NCBI GenBank assembly: GCA_000388065.2
Contig: KB932202.1
Reading direction: 5' to 3' (one strand)
From: Fonticula alba ATCC 38817
Taxonomy: Eukaryota > Protista > Nucleariida
DNA length: 64,000 nucleotides
Shown: positions 10,394 through 21,783 of the stretch, piece after piece
Position numbering within the stretch: position 1 is the first letter of the stretch
How the letters are laid out: every line of letters begins with the position of its first letter
Program-made: the position numbers and the translations under genes
The notes under the pieces: model-generated
What the model saw: only the letters and a program-made list of their open reading frames with translations
Databases searched by the model: none
Told to the model about the DNA's origin: nothing

Positions 10394-13300
10394 CCGGCTG
10401 CCGGTGCCCCTGGAGCCCCGCCCACCGGTGGGCCCGAGTCTTCCGGAGCCGAAGCGTCTCCCTCACGCGGGGCAGACGCCGTCGCCGGCGCCGGCGCCGC
10501 CACCGCCGGTGGCAGCCTGACGCGCAAGCTGTCGGCCGGGTCCGTGCGCCTGGCGCCCTCCTCGCCCTCGTCGGGGTCCTTGCATTTGCGGACCTCCTCC
10601 TCGTCGCAGTCGCTGGCATCGCTGTCGTCCACCGGCTCGGCGGCGTCGGGCTTCTCGCCGCGCAATTCCCCTCCCCCGCTGGTCCGGCGGTATCGCTCCA
10701 CGGTGTCCCTGATGGAGGACTCGCCGCCGGGGCCGCGCGCCGGGGCCGGAGCCCCGGCCGCCGAGGCGGCCCCCCTGGCCCCGGAGCCGGCCACCGAGGC
10801 GCCGGTGGACAACGGCGACTCGGACTATGCCCTGGTGCTGTTTTACGTGTGCACCCTGCTTGAGTGGCTGTCCCTCGGGTATGAGCCGTCCTTCTGCAGC
10901 ACGCACTACCACGCGACCACGGTCTATGACCTGGTGTCGCGGTTCTTCTACTCCTACTACGAGGTCATTGTGACGGCCATCCACTCGGCGGCGGTGGCGG
11001 CCGCCGGTGGCCCGGATGCCATCCCCGACCCGGAGAACTTCCGCATCTCCGACGACTTCCTGGCCTCGGTGACCGACCCGTCCATCTTGGGGGCCATTTC
11101 GGCGGCCGACGGGCTGGCCGTCCTGCTGGATCCGGTCCGGCGGCTGGAGGTCCTGGCGGCCGGGCTCGGCACGCGCATGCTCTGTCAGCGTGCGCCCACG
11201 CTGGCGGCCAAGGCGTCGCTGGCGTGTGCCACGCACCGGCTCCTGGCCGGCGACGTGCCGGGCACCGAGGACTCGGCCTTCCAGGCCCTGTGGCTCCTGT
11301 GCTATGGGGTTGACGATCCGAAGGTGGCCCCGGTGGCGCCGGGAATTGCCCTGCTCACTGGCCGTGCGACGCCGGGCTCGCGGCCGTCCCTGCCGAATGC
11401 CCGGCCCCGGCCGGACTCCGGTGGCAGCCGCCTGTCGCTGTCCTCCTCTTCCTCGTCCCCCGGGGCCGGGGCCGGGGCCGGGGCCGGGGCCGGTGGTGGT
11501 GGTGGTGGCGGCGGCTCCTGGACCATCACTGGGGTGTTTGGCCACTCGCCCACCCCGGCCTTGGGTGGCTCCGGGGCCCCCACCTCCAGCTCTCTGAGCC
11601 TGGTTGCGTCGGACACCATGCCGGGCAGTCTCTTTGGCGATCCGGACACCGACTTCAATGACCCCTTCGATGTGAACATGATCGAATGGCAGGATGTGGC
11701 CCATGCGTGGCGGCTGTTCGAATCGCACGGTGCCCTGGCCTTCCAGGTGCGAGCCCCNNNNNNNNNNNNNNNNNNNNNNNNNNNNNNNNNNNNNNNNNNN
11801 NNNNNNNNNNNNNNNNNNNNNNNNNNNNNNNNNNNNNNNNNNNNNNNNNNNNNNNNNNNNNNNNNNNNNNNNNNNNNNNNNNNNNNNNNNNNNNNNNNNN
11901 NNNNNNNNNNNNNNNNNNNNNNNNNNNNNNNNNNNNNNNNNNNNNNNNNNNNNNNNNNNNNNNNNNNNNNNNNNNNNNNNNNNNNNNNNNNNNNNNNNNN
12001 NNNNNNNNNNNNNNNNNNNNNNNNNNNNNNNNNNNNNNNNNNNNNNNNNNNNNNNNNNNNNNNNNNNNNNNNNNNNNNNNNNNNNNNNNNNNNNNNNNNN
12101 NNNNNNNNNNNNNNNNNNNNNNNNNNNNNNNNNNNNNNNNNNNNNNNNNNNNNNNNNNNNNNNNNNNNNNNNNNNNNNNNNNNNNNNNNNNNNNNNNNNN
12201 NNNNNNNNNNNNNNNNNNNNNNNNNNNNNNNNNNNNNNNNNNNNNNNNNNNNNNNNNNNNNNNNNNNNNNNNNNNNNNNNNNNNNNNNNNNNNNNNNNNN
12301 NNNNNNNNNNNNNNNNNNNNNNNNNNNNNNNNNNNNNNNNNNNNNNNNNNNNNNNNNNNNNNNNNNNNNNNNNNNNNNNNNNNNNNNNNNNNNNNNNNNN
12401 NNNNNNCCCCCCTCCCCCCTTGCATATGCTCCTCATGCCACGCGGGCTAACTCGAATCGCTGCCTCTCCGCCGGGGCTGTCCCTGTCTCTTGCCCTTCCT
12501 CTCGTGAATGACGCCCAGCCGGCTGCAAAGCGAGGAGGGCCGCCATGCGGCGGCCGAGGCCTGCCTCCTTGCGGCCATCCGGTCCCTCCCGCGGCAGCAC
12601 CGGGTCATGTCGTATGCGGCCCTGCGCGCTGGGCTCGGCGCCGGGGGGTCGGTGTCGGCATCGGCCCCGCCGGTCGGCGTCCAGGCCTTGCCGCTGGTGG
12701 CCGACCTGGCGGCCCTGTACCTGGACGAGGGGGAGGTGGACAATGCGATCGTCCTGCTGGAGCATGTGCTTCTTCGCGATGCCATTGCCCCGGCCACGTC
12801 GTCGTCGCCGTCGTCGTCGGCGGCGGCGGCAGCGACCCCGGCCGCAGCTGCATCGGGTTCCGCCCCCGGCTCGGCCGATGGGGAAGGCAGTGGGTCCGGT
12901 GTTGGGGCGGTCGCCGGGGCCGGCCCGAGCCCCGGTCCCGGCGACCGCGCCAGTGCGGGCGGGGGGTCTGCTCCTGCCCCGGGGCCCGGGTCGGGCGGTG
13001 GGCCGGGCGCTTCGACCGGCGCGCCGGGCCCCGGGACCGGGCCCGGGGCCACCCGGTCGCCGGACTTGTCCACCGGTGCCGGGGCGGCGGCCGTGGCGGC
13101 TCTCAGCTCGGTCGGCCTGCCGGCCGGCCTGGCCGCCGGGTGGCCGCTGCACAAGCTGTCCCAGCCGCTGGCTCTCCTGGCGCGGGCTTACTCGCTGAAG
13201 GGCTGGCCGCGGGATGCCCTGTCGGTGTTGCTGCTCTTCGACCGCCATGATACCGGTCTGTCGGCGTGTCACATTTCCAGCCTGGTGTTCGGGGCGCTGC

Positions 13301-16300
13301 CGGCGTTCGGGGAAAACCGCGTGTGCCTGATGGCACGCCGGCGCCTGGAAGAGGCGGCCGCGTCGGCCACCGGGCCGGGAGGGTCGACCTCGGCCGGTGG
13401 TGGGACCGGCGCCAGCGCCGGGACCGGCAGTGGCAGCTGCATCCCGGTGGCGGTGCCTTCGCCGGCGGCCGGCGGCGGCTCCGGCACCCTGGTCATCACC
13501 ATCGGCGGGGTGGCCGGGGCCGTGGGCGGGCCCGACACCCCGGTGGCCATGGATCCCGGGGCGTCGATCGGCGCGTCGGCATCCGTCGGGCCGTTGGGCG
13601 GCTCGCTGGCGGCCGGCGGGTCGACCTCCACCGGGGCCGGGCCCTTCGCCGGGCCGCCGACCAGCGGGGCCATGTACTTCAGCCTGACGACCCCGGGGCT
13701 GCGGTACCCGGTTCCCGAGTCGCTGCCCTTCAACACGCCGAGCTTGGTATCGCGCACGTTGATCGCCTGCAGCATGCCTTCGGATGCCCTGCGGGTGGTG
13801 GACTGCTGGCAGGACCGGCTCTTTGCCTCGTCGGCGGCTTCGTCCTCTTCCTCGGCGGGGCCGGGCGCCGTTGGTGGCGGTGCCTCCTCCTCCGGAGCCG
13901 GCTCCGGAGCCGGAGCCTCGCCTGCCGGGTCGGCTCGGTCCACCTCGCCGGCTCCCGGCGGCAACGGCAGCGGCAGCGGCCTGTCCTCCTCCGGCCCGGC
14001 CACCGGCGGGTCCTTCCGCGGGTCGGCCGAATCGCTGCCGGCCCAGCTGCCCGGTGGCAGCGGCGACGCGTCGGCCTGGTCGCTGAGTGCCTCGGGCGGC
14101 AGCGGGCGCACGCGCGCCGACAGCGTGTCCTCGCATGTCAGCGCCCGGTCGGGCCAGACAACCGCCTCTTCCGGGTCCGGGTCCGGGTCCTCGTCCCTGG
14201 GCCCGGGCGCCAGCCACCCGGAATCGCCGCAGTCCCTGTCATCCGACTCGCGGGCCTCGTCCTCCTCGTCGCTGGTGGCCCCGACGGTCGGTGGGTCCTT
14301 CTCGCCCAAGGCCCCGTCGCTGGATGTCCGCACGGCCGGGGGGGATCCCCCGGGCGAGGGCCCCCCCGGGGTGGTGGGGACTTGGGCGGCTTCCTCGCCG
14401 ACGAGCCTCGACTCGCCACACTCGCCGACCGACTCGCTGAATGCCTCGCCCCGGGGGCGGGCCTCCTCCACCGGGGCCGATGGCGGCAGTGGCGCCGGCG
14501 GGGGCACCGGCTCCGGCACATCGGTCCGGCGCTTGAATTCCGGCAGCGGCCGGGGTTCCGGGCCCGGCGGCCCGGGGTCCGCTCCCGGTGGGCCGACCTC
14601 CGGCTCGTCGCTGGCCGCCCGCGGCCGGCTCATGATGACCAAGGCCCGGGTGCTGCTGGCCCAAATCAATCACCAATCCTCGACCGTGGTGGATGCCTCC
14701 TCCTCGCTGTTGAACTCCACCTCGGCCAGCAGCCTGGCCGGGCAGGCCGCCGGGCCACCGCCATCTGGCAAGCAGTCGTCCATGTCCGGCGGGGGGCCCC
14801 TGTCACGGTCGTCCTCGGCCGGCCGGGGCGCGGGCGCGGGCGGTGCTCCGCTCCGGCCCTCGCAGTCCATTGACTCGCTTCTGTCGGCCGGGGCCGGCCC
14901 GCCGGGGGCCCTGGCGAGCTCGGCCCCGGCCCCGGCCCCGGCCCCGGCCCCGGCCCCGGCCCCGGGCCCGGGGGCCGCGCCTCTGGCCGGGTCCTTCTCC
15001 AGCCTGCCGCTGCCCGGCGACAGCGCCGAGTCCTTCCCCCAGTTTGTGGACATTTCGCTGGACGATGTGCCGGAGCATGTGGACGCGGTGGCGGCCGGGC
15101 CCGGGACCCCGGCGTCGGCCCCGGCGGCCGCGGTGGCCTCCGTCGGGTCGGCCATTTCGCGGGCCTTCTCCCATCGGCGAAGCCGGTCCGAAGGCCCGGC
15201 GGCCCTGGCCACGGCCGGCGACCTGTCGGGGCTGACCGGCGGGGGGGTGCCGCCGCCGCCGCCGCCCCTTCCGCCGCCGGCTGTGGCGGCGGCGGCGGCG
15301 GCCGCGCTGGCGGCCCGGCGCCGGCCGGACTCGAGCGCCGGTGCCCCGGGCGCCGGGCCGCTCCACTCGCTGGACGACCTGGACCTGTTGCCGCCGACGC
15401 CGGTGACCCTGCCGGCGCGCATCCTCAGCGCGGATGACGTGCACGCGCGCTGGGTCGGCCGGGCCAAGGCGGCCTTTGCCCAGGCGGCCCAGCTCCTGCA
15501 GGCGGCCGGCGACACGCTCGGCGTGCTGAAGGCCCGGGTCCGGTCGTGCGAGGCCCGCGTGGCCAAGCGCCTCCGGCGGATCTACCCCCCCGGGCGGCTG
15601 GCCATCACCTCGCTGTCGACGGCCTCGTTGTTGGTGATGCGGTCGTCGGTGGGCGATGCGCTGGAGTATGCCATCGCCATCGGTGCCTACCCGATGGCCA
15701 TTCGCTGCCTGGTGGCCATGGCCGAGATCGAGTGGTGCGTGGCGTCGGCCGACTCGCTGGCGGCCCTGTCCGAGGCGGATCGACATGCGGCCCGGTGCGC
15801 GGCGGCCCGGTCCCGCGGGTACTGGGTTGAGGCGTGGCGCCTGGCGCAGGATGTCTACTTCCCGGATGGGACGACCTTCCGGTTCGGGCGAACGGGCGCC
15901 ACCTCGGCGCGGACCCTCAGCAGCCTGCATGTCCTGCTGGCGCGGCTCTTCTGCCTGATGCGCATGTATTGCGCCTCCTCGGCGGCCGAGCTGGCCGAGG
16001 GGGCCGACCTGCTGGGCGATGGCCGGCCCCGGGCGGCCCGGTCCGGGTCCTTCTCCTCGGGGTCCTCCTCGGTGTCGGGGCCCGGGCCCGGCGACCCGGC
16101 CGGCGGGGGCCCCCCCTCGGAGGAGGACGACACGTCGTCCCTGGCCGATGGCGAGGGCAGGGCAGCCAGCCGGCCGGAGGATCCCGGCCAGGCCTTTGCC
16201 CGGCTGCATTGGCGCCTGCCGGTGGCGCTGGCCGATGTCGAGTGGCGCATCAGCGTGTCGGTTCGGCGTTTCGGGGCCGGCGGTCGCGAGGCCGGCGGTG

Positions 16301-17887
16301 CGTGCGTCAGCGAGCCGCTGGCCCGCTTTGTCGGGCTGTATCCGCAGGCGGGCGGGCCGGTGGGCCCGGCCCCCGGGGCCGGGGCGCCCTCCGGCGCGGA
16401 CCGGCTCTTCAGCGGCGTGCGCGGCGTCTTCCGCAGCCTGCTGGGCCTGGGCGGCGCGGAGGCCGGCAGCAAGGCCGGCCTCTCGGGCGCCGCCAGTGAC
16501 AAGGCCGGCCCCGGGGCCGGGGCCGATACCGCGGCGGCGGCCCTGCGCCTGTCGGCCGAGGAGGCCGAGCGCGCCTGCCTCGCGGCCCTCGGGGAGGACA
16601 CCTTCCGGGGGTTCCTTCGCACGGGGGGCGGCGCGCTGGCGGCCGAGTCGGCAGCCGCCGGGGGGTCCGGCGGTGCCGGCGGCAGCCCCCTGCGCTCTGG
16701 CGGCCGGGGCCCGGCCGGCGGGGCGGCTTCACCCGGCGGCCGTCCGCTCGGCGACCCGTCCACCTTCGACAGCTTCTACGACGAGGAGCCCCATGCCCTG
16801 GCCCTGTCGGCCGAGGAGCGGGCATGGGCCTGTACGCGGCTGGTCCGGCGCCAACTCCGGGCCTTCCGCCGGGGCCGGCTGACCTACGAAACGGCGCAGT
16901 CGCGCTCCGGGGCCGCCTGGGCCGGGTTCTTCGGCACCCTTTACCCCTCGGAGCCCGGGGTGGATGTCAATCACATCCCGCTGACCGGGGCCGGCCCGGC
17001 CGGGGACAGTGCCTCGGCCGGGTGGTTCCCGGCGCCGGAGGGGGGCCTCCTGCGGCCTGGGGCCACGGTCTCCGAGCAGGGCTCCGGCGCGGCCTTCTCC
17101 GGCCTGCCGCCGGCCAAGCTGCTGGTGGTTTTGACGGCCGACGCGCCCAGCGCGGCGGCCACATGCGGCGGCAGCGGCGGCGGGTGCCCCGGTGCCAGCC
17201 CCGGCGGGCTGGACGGCCGCGAGTGTGTGCTCTTCTCGCCGCTGCTCGGGCGCTTCTTCTCCAAGAGCCTGCCGCGGTTTTCGCTCTTCGGCCCGGGGGC
17301 GATGCTCGGGGGCCCGATGGCCGGGGGTCCGATGGCCGGGTCTCTGGCGGCCCTCCTGCCGGCCGGTGCCGGGGGCCTCGGCGACGCCGGCCCCGGTGGC
17401 GGTGTCCCGGTGTCGGTCCTGTCCCCGGGGCCGGGGTCCTCCTCGGGCCCCGGCGGCGGGCCCGGCAGCGGCATCGGCCCGGGTGCCTCGTCGACCCCCA
17501 GCGGCATCGCCATGCCCCCCTCCGGGGGTGGACTCTACATCAATGTGCAGATTGGCAGCTCGCCGCGTGACTATGTGGTCCTGCGGGCGCAGGTGTCCGG
17601 CAGCCCGGCCGGGCTGCTCGGGCCCGCGGCCGGCGCCGGCCTGCCGGACGACCGGGACCTCACCGTTGCCACGCTGGTCCGGCTGCTGGTTCACAGCGCG
17701 TCCATGTCCTCGCCCATGGGGTCGGCCGCGTCGTCGGCCTTCTCCTCGCGCCAGCCTTCGGTCGGCATGGAGTCGGTCATGCAGGCGGTCGATCGCCGCC
17801 GGCAAATGCAGCAGGCCGACCAGCAGCCACAGCAGCCCCCCGGCCAGGGGGACGTCGCCAGCCCCGGTGTCGGTGTCGGTGTCGGTG

Positions 17888-17918
<31 letters not shown>

Positions 17919-20900
17919 CGGCCCGCCCGGGCTGCTGGTCCCCCACCGGCCGACCACCTCGCCGGAGATGCTGAGCGCCGGGGTCACCGTGGCCGAGGGG
18001 TCACCCGGCTTCTCGGATGCCATCACCCGGCTGAAGTCCCTCCTGGCGGCGGAGACGTACGTCACCTGGCTGTGGCCCGGGGGCCTTGCCACTTCCTCTT
18101 CGCCCCCCTCCGCTCCTCCTTTCCCCTGCCTCGCTTGCCCCTTTTGTGCCCTCCTTCCATTGGCCGTCCTCGGGCGGCGCCCCCGACCGACTTATGCCCC
18201 TCGACTGACCGGTGTCCCTCCCCCGGCTGACCTCCGCTCCCGGCTGCCGACCATGGGCATGCCACCACCAGCGTGCTTGGCCTGTATGTGATCATCGATG
18301 GCCGGCCGCTTGCCCTGCGCCCGCACCATGATGATACATCGTTGCTGCTGGTGGCGCTGGATGCCCGGCGCGGGGGCTCGGTCGATGCGCCGTTGCTGCT
18401 GCAATTGCGCGTGGTTCCGCGCGTGCCGCGCTTGAAGACCCGGCCCACACGCCGGCGGGGAGGCCGGTCAGCCGCTGCCGCCGCCATGGCCGCCGCATCC
18501 TCTTCGGAGGCTGGCCGACCGGCCGACACGGTGGAGGATGCCCCCACCGAGGAGATCTGGGAGAACCTGAGTGCCGTGCCCCGGGTCCTGCGGGCCATTT
18601 ACGAACGGTCGGCCCCGACCCCGGCCGAGATTGCGGCCGGTGTCTCGGGCCCGAGCCACAGCGCCGCGCACGCCGAGACGTCGGCCCTGCTGCCGCGTTC
18701 CCTGGCCACCGACATTCAGAATGTCGTACGTCTCCGCGCACGGCATGTCCCTTTCCCCCTCCCAAGGCAAGGATGGCTGTGGCTGTGGCTGTGGCTGTGG
18801 CTGTGGCTGTGGCTGTGGCTGTGGCTGTGGCTGTGGCTGTGGCTGTGGCTGCGGCTGCGGCTGCGGTTGCGGTTGCTGCCACCGACATGCCCTCCCCTCG
18901 CCCTCCCCTCGCCCTCCCCTCGCCCTCCCCTCGCCCTCCCCTCGCCCTCCCCTCGCCCTCCCCTCGCACCCTCCTCCCCCTGTACGCCCATTTCAAAGAC
19001 TGACCACTGGCTTGTGTCTGCTCGCGACGCCCATCGACGCAGTTCATGCCCTCCTGGCGCATCTGCTGCGAGCGGATCCTTGCACGGGTGCCGCGCGCCG
19101 TCCAGGTGGACTCCTTCCAGAGCGGAGCCATCGTCCTGCCCCACTGGTCGCTGGTGTGTAGCCCTGCCCTGTCTGTGGTGCCCTGGGAGCGCATGATGCC
19201 GGGGACCGTGTCATCCTCCAGCAGCGGTGGCCCAGTCATTCGAGCCACGCCGGCATTCATCCTGGGCGGCATCTCGGCCTTCACGCCGCCGCTTCCCCGG
19301 CGCCCCTGCTGCCTCGGCCGGCCGCTGGCTGCCTGCTCGTACTGCTTCAGTGCCAGCCTGGCACAGCCGGGCCCCCCGGCGCCAGGTGCCCCAGCGCTGG
19401 CCACCGGCGCCCAGTCCCCTGCTGGCAGTGCGGCCGCCGCCAATGCCACCGGTGGGCTGGGCTCGGGCCCAGTGGGCCCTCCCGCGGGGGAGCCCCCCGC
19501 CGGGGTGCCCCTGTCGCCGAAGGCCGCCCTTCGCCGGCGGCTGCCCGGGTCGCTGGCCGTGACCATCGTCGTGTGCGGGTATGACCGGCCGGCCGGGCCC
19601 CCGGCCGACGACCTGATCCCGGCCGGGGGTTCTGGCCCCGCGCCGGCCGGCGTGTCGCTCTATGACCGGGCCGACCAGGTCCCCCCGTCCAAGTTGGCCG
19701 AGGAGGAGTACCTGCTGCTCCGGTCGAGTGCCCTGATCCGGTCGCTGATCGCCTCCTCCTCGGCGTCGGTCTCGCCGCCGGCGCCGTCGCTCTACTTCGA
19801 TCTGACCGGCCAGCAGGCAGCCCTGTCTCCCTTCGCCTCGGCTTCCGGGCAGGTGTCGCGCCTGCTGTCATCCGTATGTCGCCATTCGCCCCTGTGCCGA
19901 TGCCGCCCATGCTGCTGCTCTTGCTGCCCGCCCTCGGCCGTGCCCCTGTGTTGGCTAGCCCGGCTCTGACCCTCTGCCCCCATGCGTGCCCCCCCCCCCC
20001 CCCGGGGCGACACGGCCCCAGCGCTACTGGATCGAGACCAGCCGCGCGGCCACCCGCTTCGAAGCCCGGCCGGTGCCGCTCTTCCGCCATCCGCGCGTGA
20101 CCAAATTCCTGTCCTTGACTTCCCCCTCGGTCGGCCCGGCCTTCCCCTTCACACGCACGCTGGTCGGGGCGCCTGGGACTGGAGCCGGTCCCGGGGGCCT
20201 GGCGGCCGGCGGCCCGGGCGGCTCCGGCGGCCCGATGCTGCCCCTCGGCGCCGGCGGCGGCACCCTCGGCCGGTCGGCCGGTGCCAGCAACAATGCCCTC
20301 ATGGCGGCCAGCTTCATGTCGCTCGGGCCGAGCGGGCCCCCGGGCGCCGGGGCCTATGGCGGGAGTGGCTCCCGCGGGTCCGGCGGCTCCGCGGTGATGG
20401 CCTCCGCCGCCGATGCGCCCACCTTCGGCCGCAAGTCCAGCCAGCGGTCGGCCTCGGAGGCCCTGCTTCCCTCGGGCCCGGATGCCGATGTCATCCTGGC
20501 GCTGGTGCCCCTGAGTGGGGGCCCGCTGGCGCGCTCGCCGCGCGCCGTGCTGGCCCGGCTCTTTTCCGTGCCGCCGGTGGCGGCCTCGGCCTCGACCACG
20601 GCCGCCGGGGCTCTGCACGCCGGGGCCGTTCTCACTCCGCTGATGGTGTCCCGCCAGACGGCGGTCCTGCTCAATCCCCCGGTGGCGGAGTCCTCCATCA
20701 AGAAGTCCCGCCGACGCCTGTTCAGTTCCTCCTCGACGTCGGCCCATGTCGAAGCGGATTCGGTGCCCCTGGCCCATGCCTCGGCTCCGAGCCTGTGCCT
20801 GGGCGCCGCGAGCGCGGCCGGCGGGGGGGCGGCCCCCCCGGCCGGGGCCGGCACCTCGAGTCGGTCCTCCGGGCGGTCGGCCAAGTCGGTCTTCCGGCCG

Positions 20901-21470
20901 CTACGGTCTTCCTCCTCTCGGGCGGCGGCGGCGGCGGCGGCGGCGGCGGCAGCCGCATCAGCGCCCGCGGCGTCGGGCCCCGCCAACCCCGCCCCCGCGC
21001 CGGCTACCACCGGGGCTGGGGCCGGGCCTGGCTCCGCCCAGGGGGCCGGCGCCGACGCGGGTCCCCTGGCCGGCCCCACCCTCGGCCCGCGCTTCCGCCG
21101 GCACATTGTGGTCATCCAGTGCCTCAGCGACTTGGTCTTCTGCCATCCGTGGTCCGTGAGCCTGGTCGATGTGGCCGGCTCCATCCTGCCGCTCGAGGTG
21201 GCCCGGGCCCTGGCCGACGGGGCGGCCCTCTCGACCGTCGCCCCGGCCGACATGGCCATCTGCCCGCTGGTCACGGTGATCTTCATCCCGCGCATCCAGG
21301 CCGCCCGGCTGGTGCGTGTCATCGAGGCGGCGGCCGTCCACCTGTCCGGCTCGCCGGCCTTCACCGCCCCCGGAGCCGAGGCCATGTCCCCATCGGAGGA
21401 GCGCGCGCGCCTGATCGCTGCCATCCTCAGCCGCGCCAATGCCATTGACCTGGCGCCGGCCATCTTCTAG
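6074..21470 (+). CDS. Giant (~4,400 aa) uncharacterised protein: acidic W/F-motif N-terminus, TPR-like helical islands in Ala/Gly/Ser/Pro-rich linkers, possible degenerate CHAT-like C-terminal region
   Basis: Exons joined at GT-AG sites with matching phase: 6074-7268, 7487-8217, 8456-9910, 10205-11746, [gap 11758-12406], ~12520-18056, 18272-18725, 19043-19873, 20022-21470. The phase does not match across the N-gap, so a hidden exon is likely, and continuity as one gene is inferred. Confidence 0.72.
18775..18970 (+). repeat. (GGCTGT)n hexamer array followed by CCCCTCGCCCT-type repeats, inside intron 18726-19042
   Basis: Read directly; lies between a GTACGT donor and a CGCAG acceptor. Confidence 0.9.
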
Positions 21471-21783
21471 ACGCCCGCCGGCGTCCGGCGTTCCTCCCCG
21501 CCCCCTCCCCCCCCCCCACCTTTGAATATACATATACATCCTTGTGCCAATGGGACCGTTGTTTTTTCTATTCCCCCCCCCCCCTACTGGCCCCGAACCG
21601 TCGAATGGGGAGGGCCACTCCTGCGAGGAGGCCTCCTGCATGGGGGCTGCGTGGAAAAAAAAAAAAAAAAAGACCAAGCGCCAATACACGAGGAAAGTGG
21701 CCGTGTATGTGTATATTTGCATGTGACGTACGCATGTGAAGGCTGGAGGGGGGAGGGCGCGTCAAGCCGAGCACAGAGGGAGG

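Noticed and set aside
18775-18876. Poly-(WL), poly-(CG) and poly-(AV) peptides in the ORF track
   Set aside because: They are translations of an intronic (GGCTGT)n repeat between valid splice sites.
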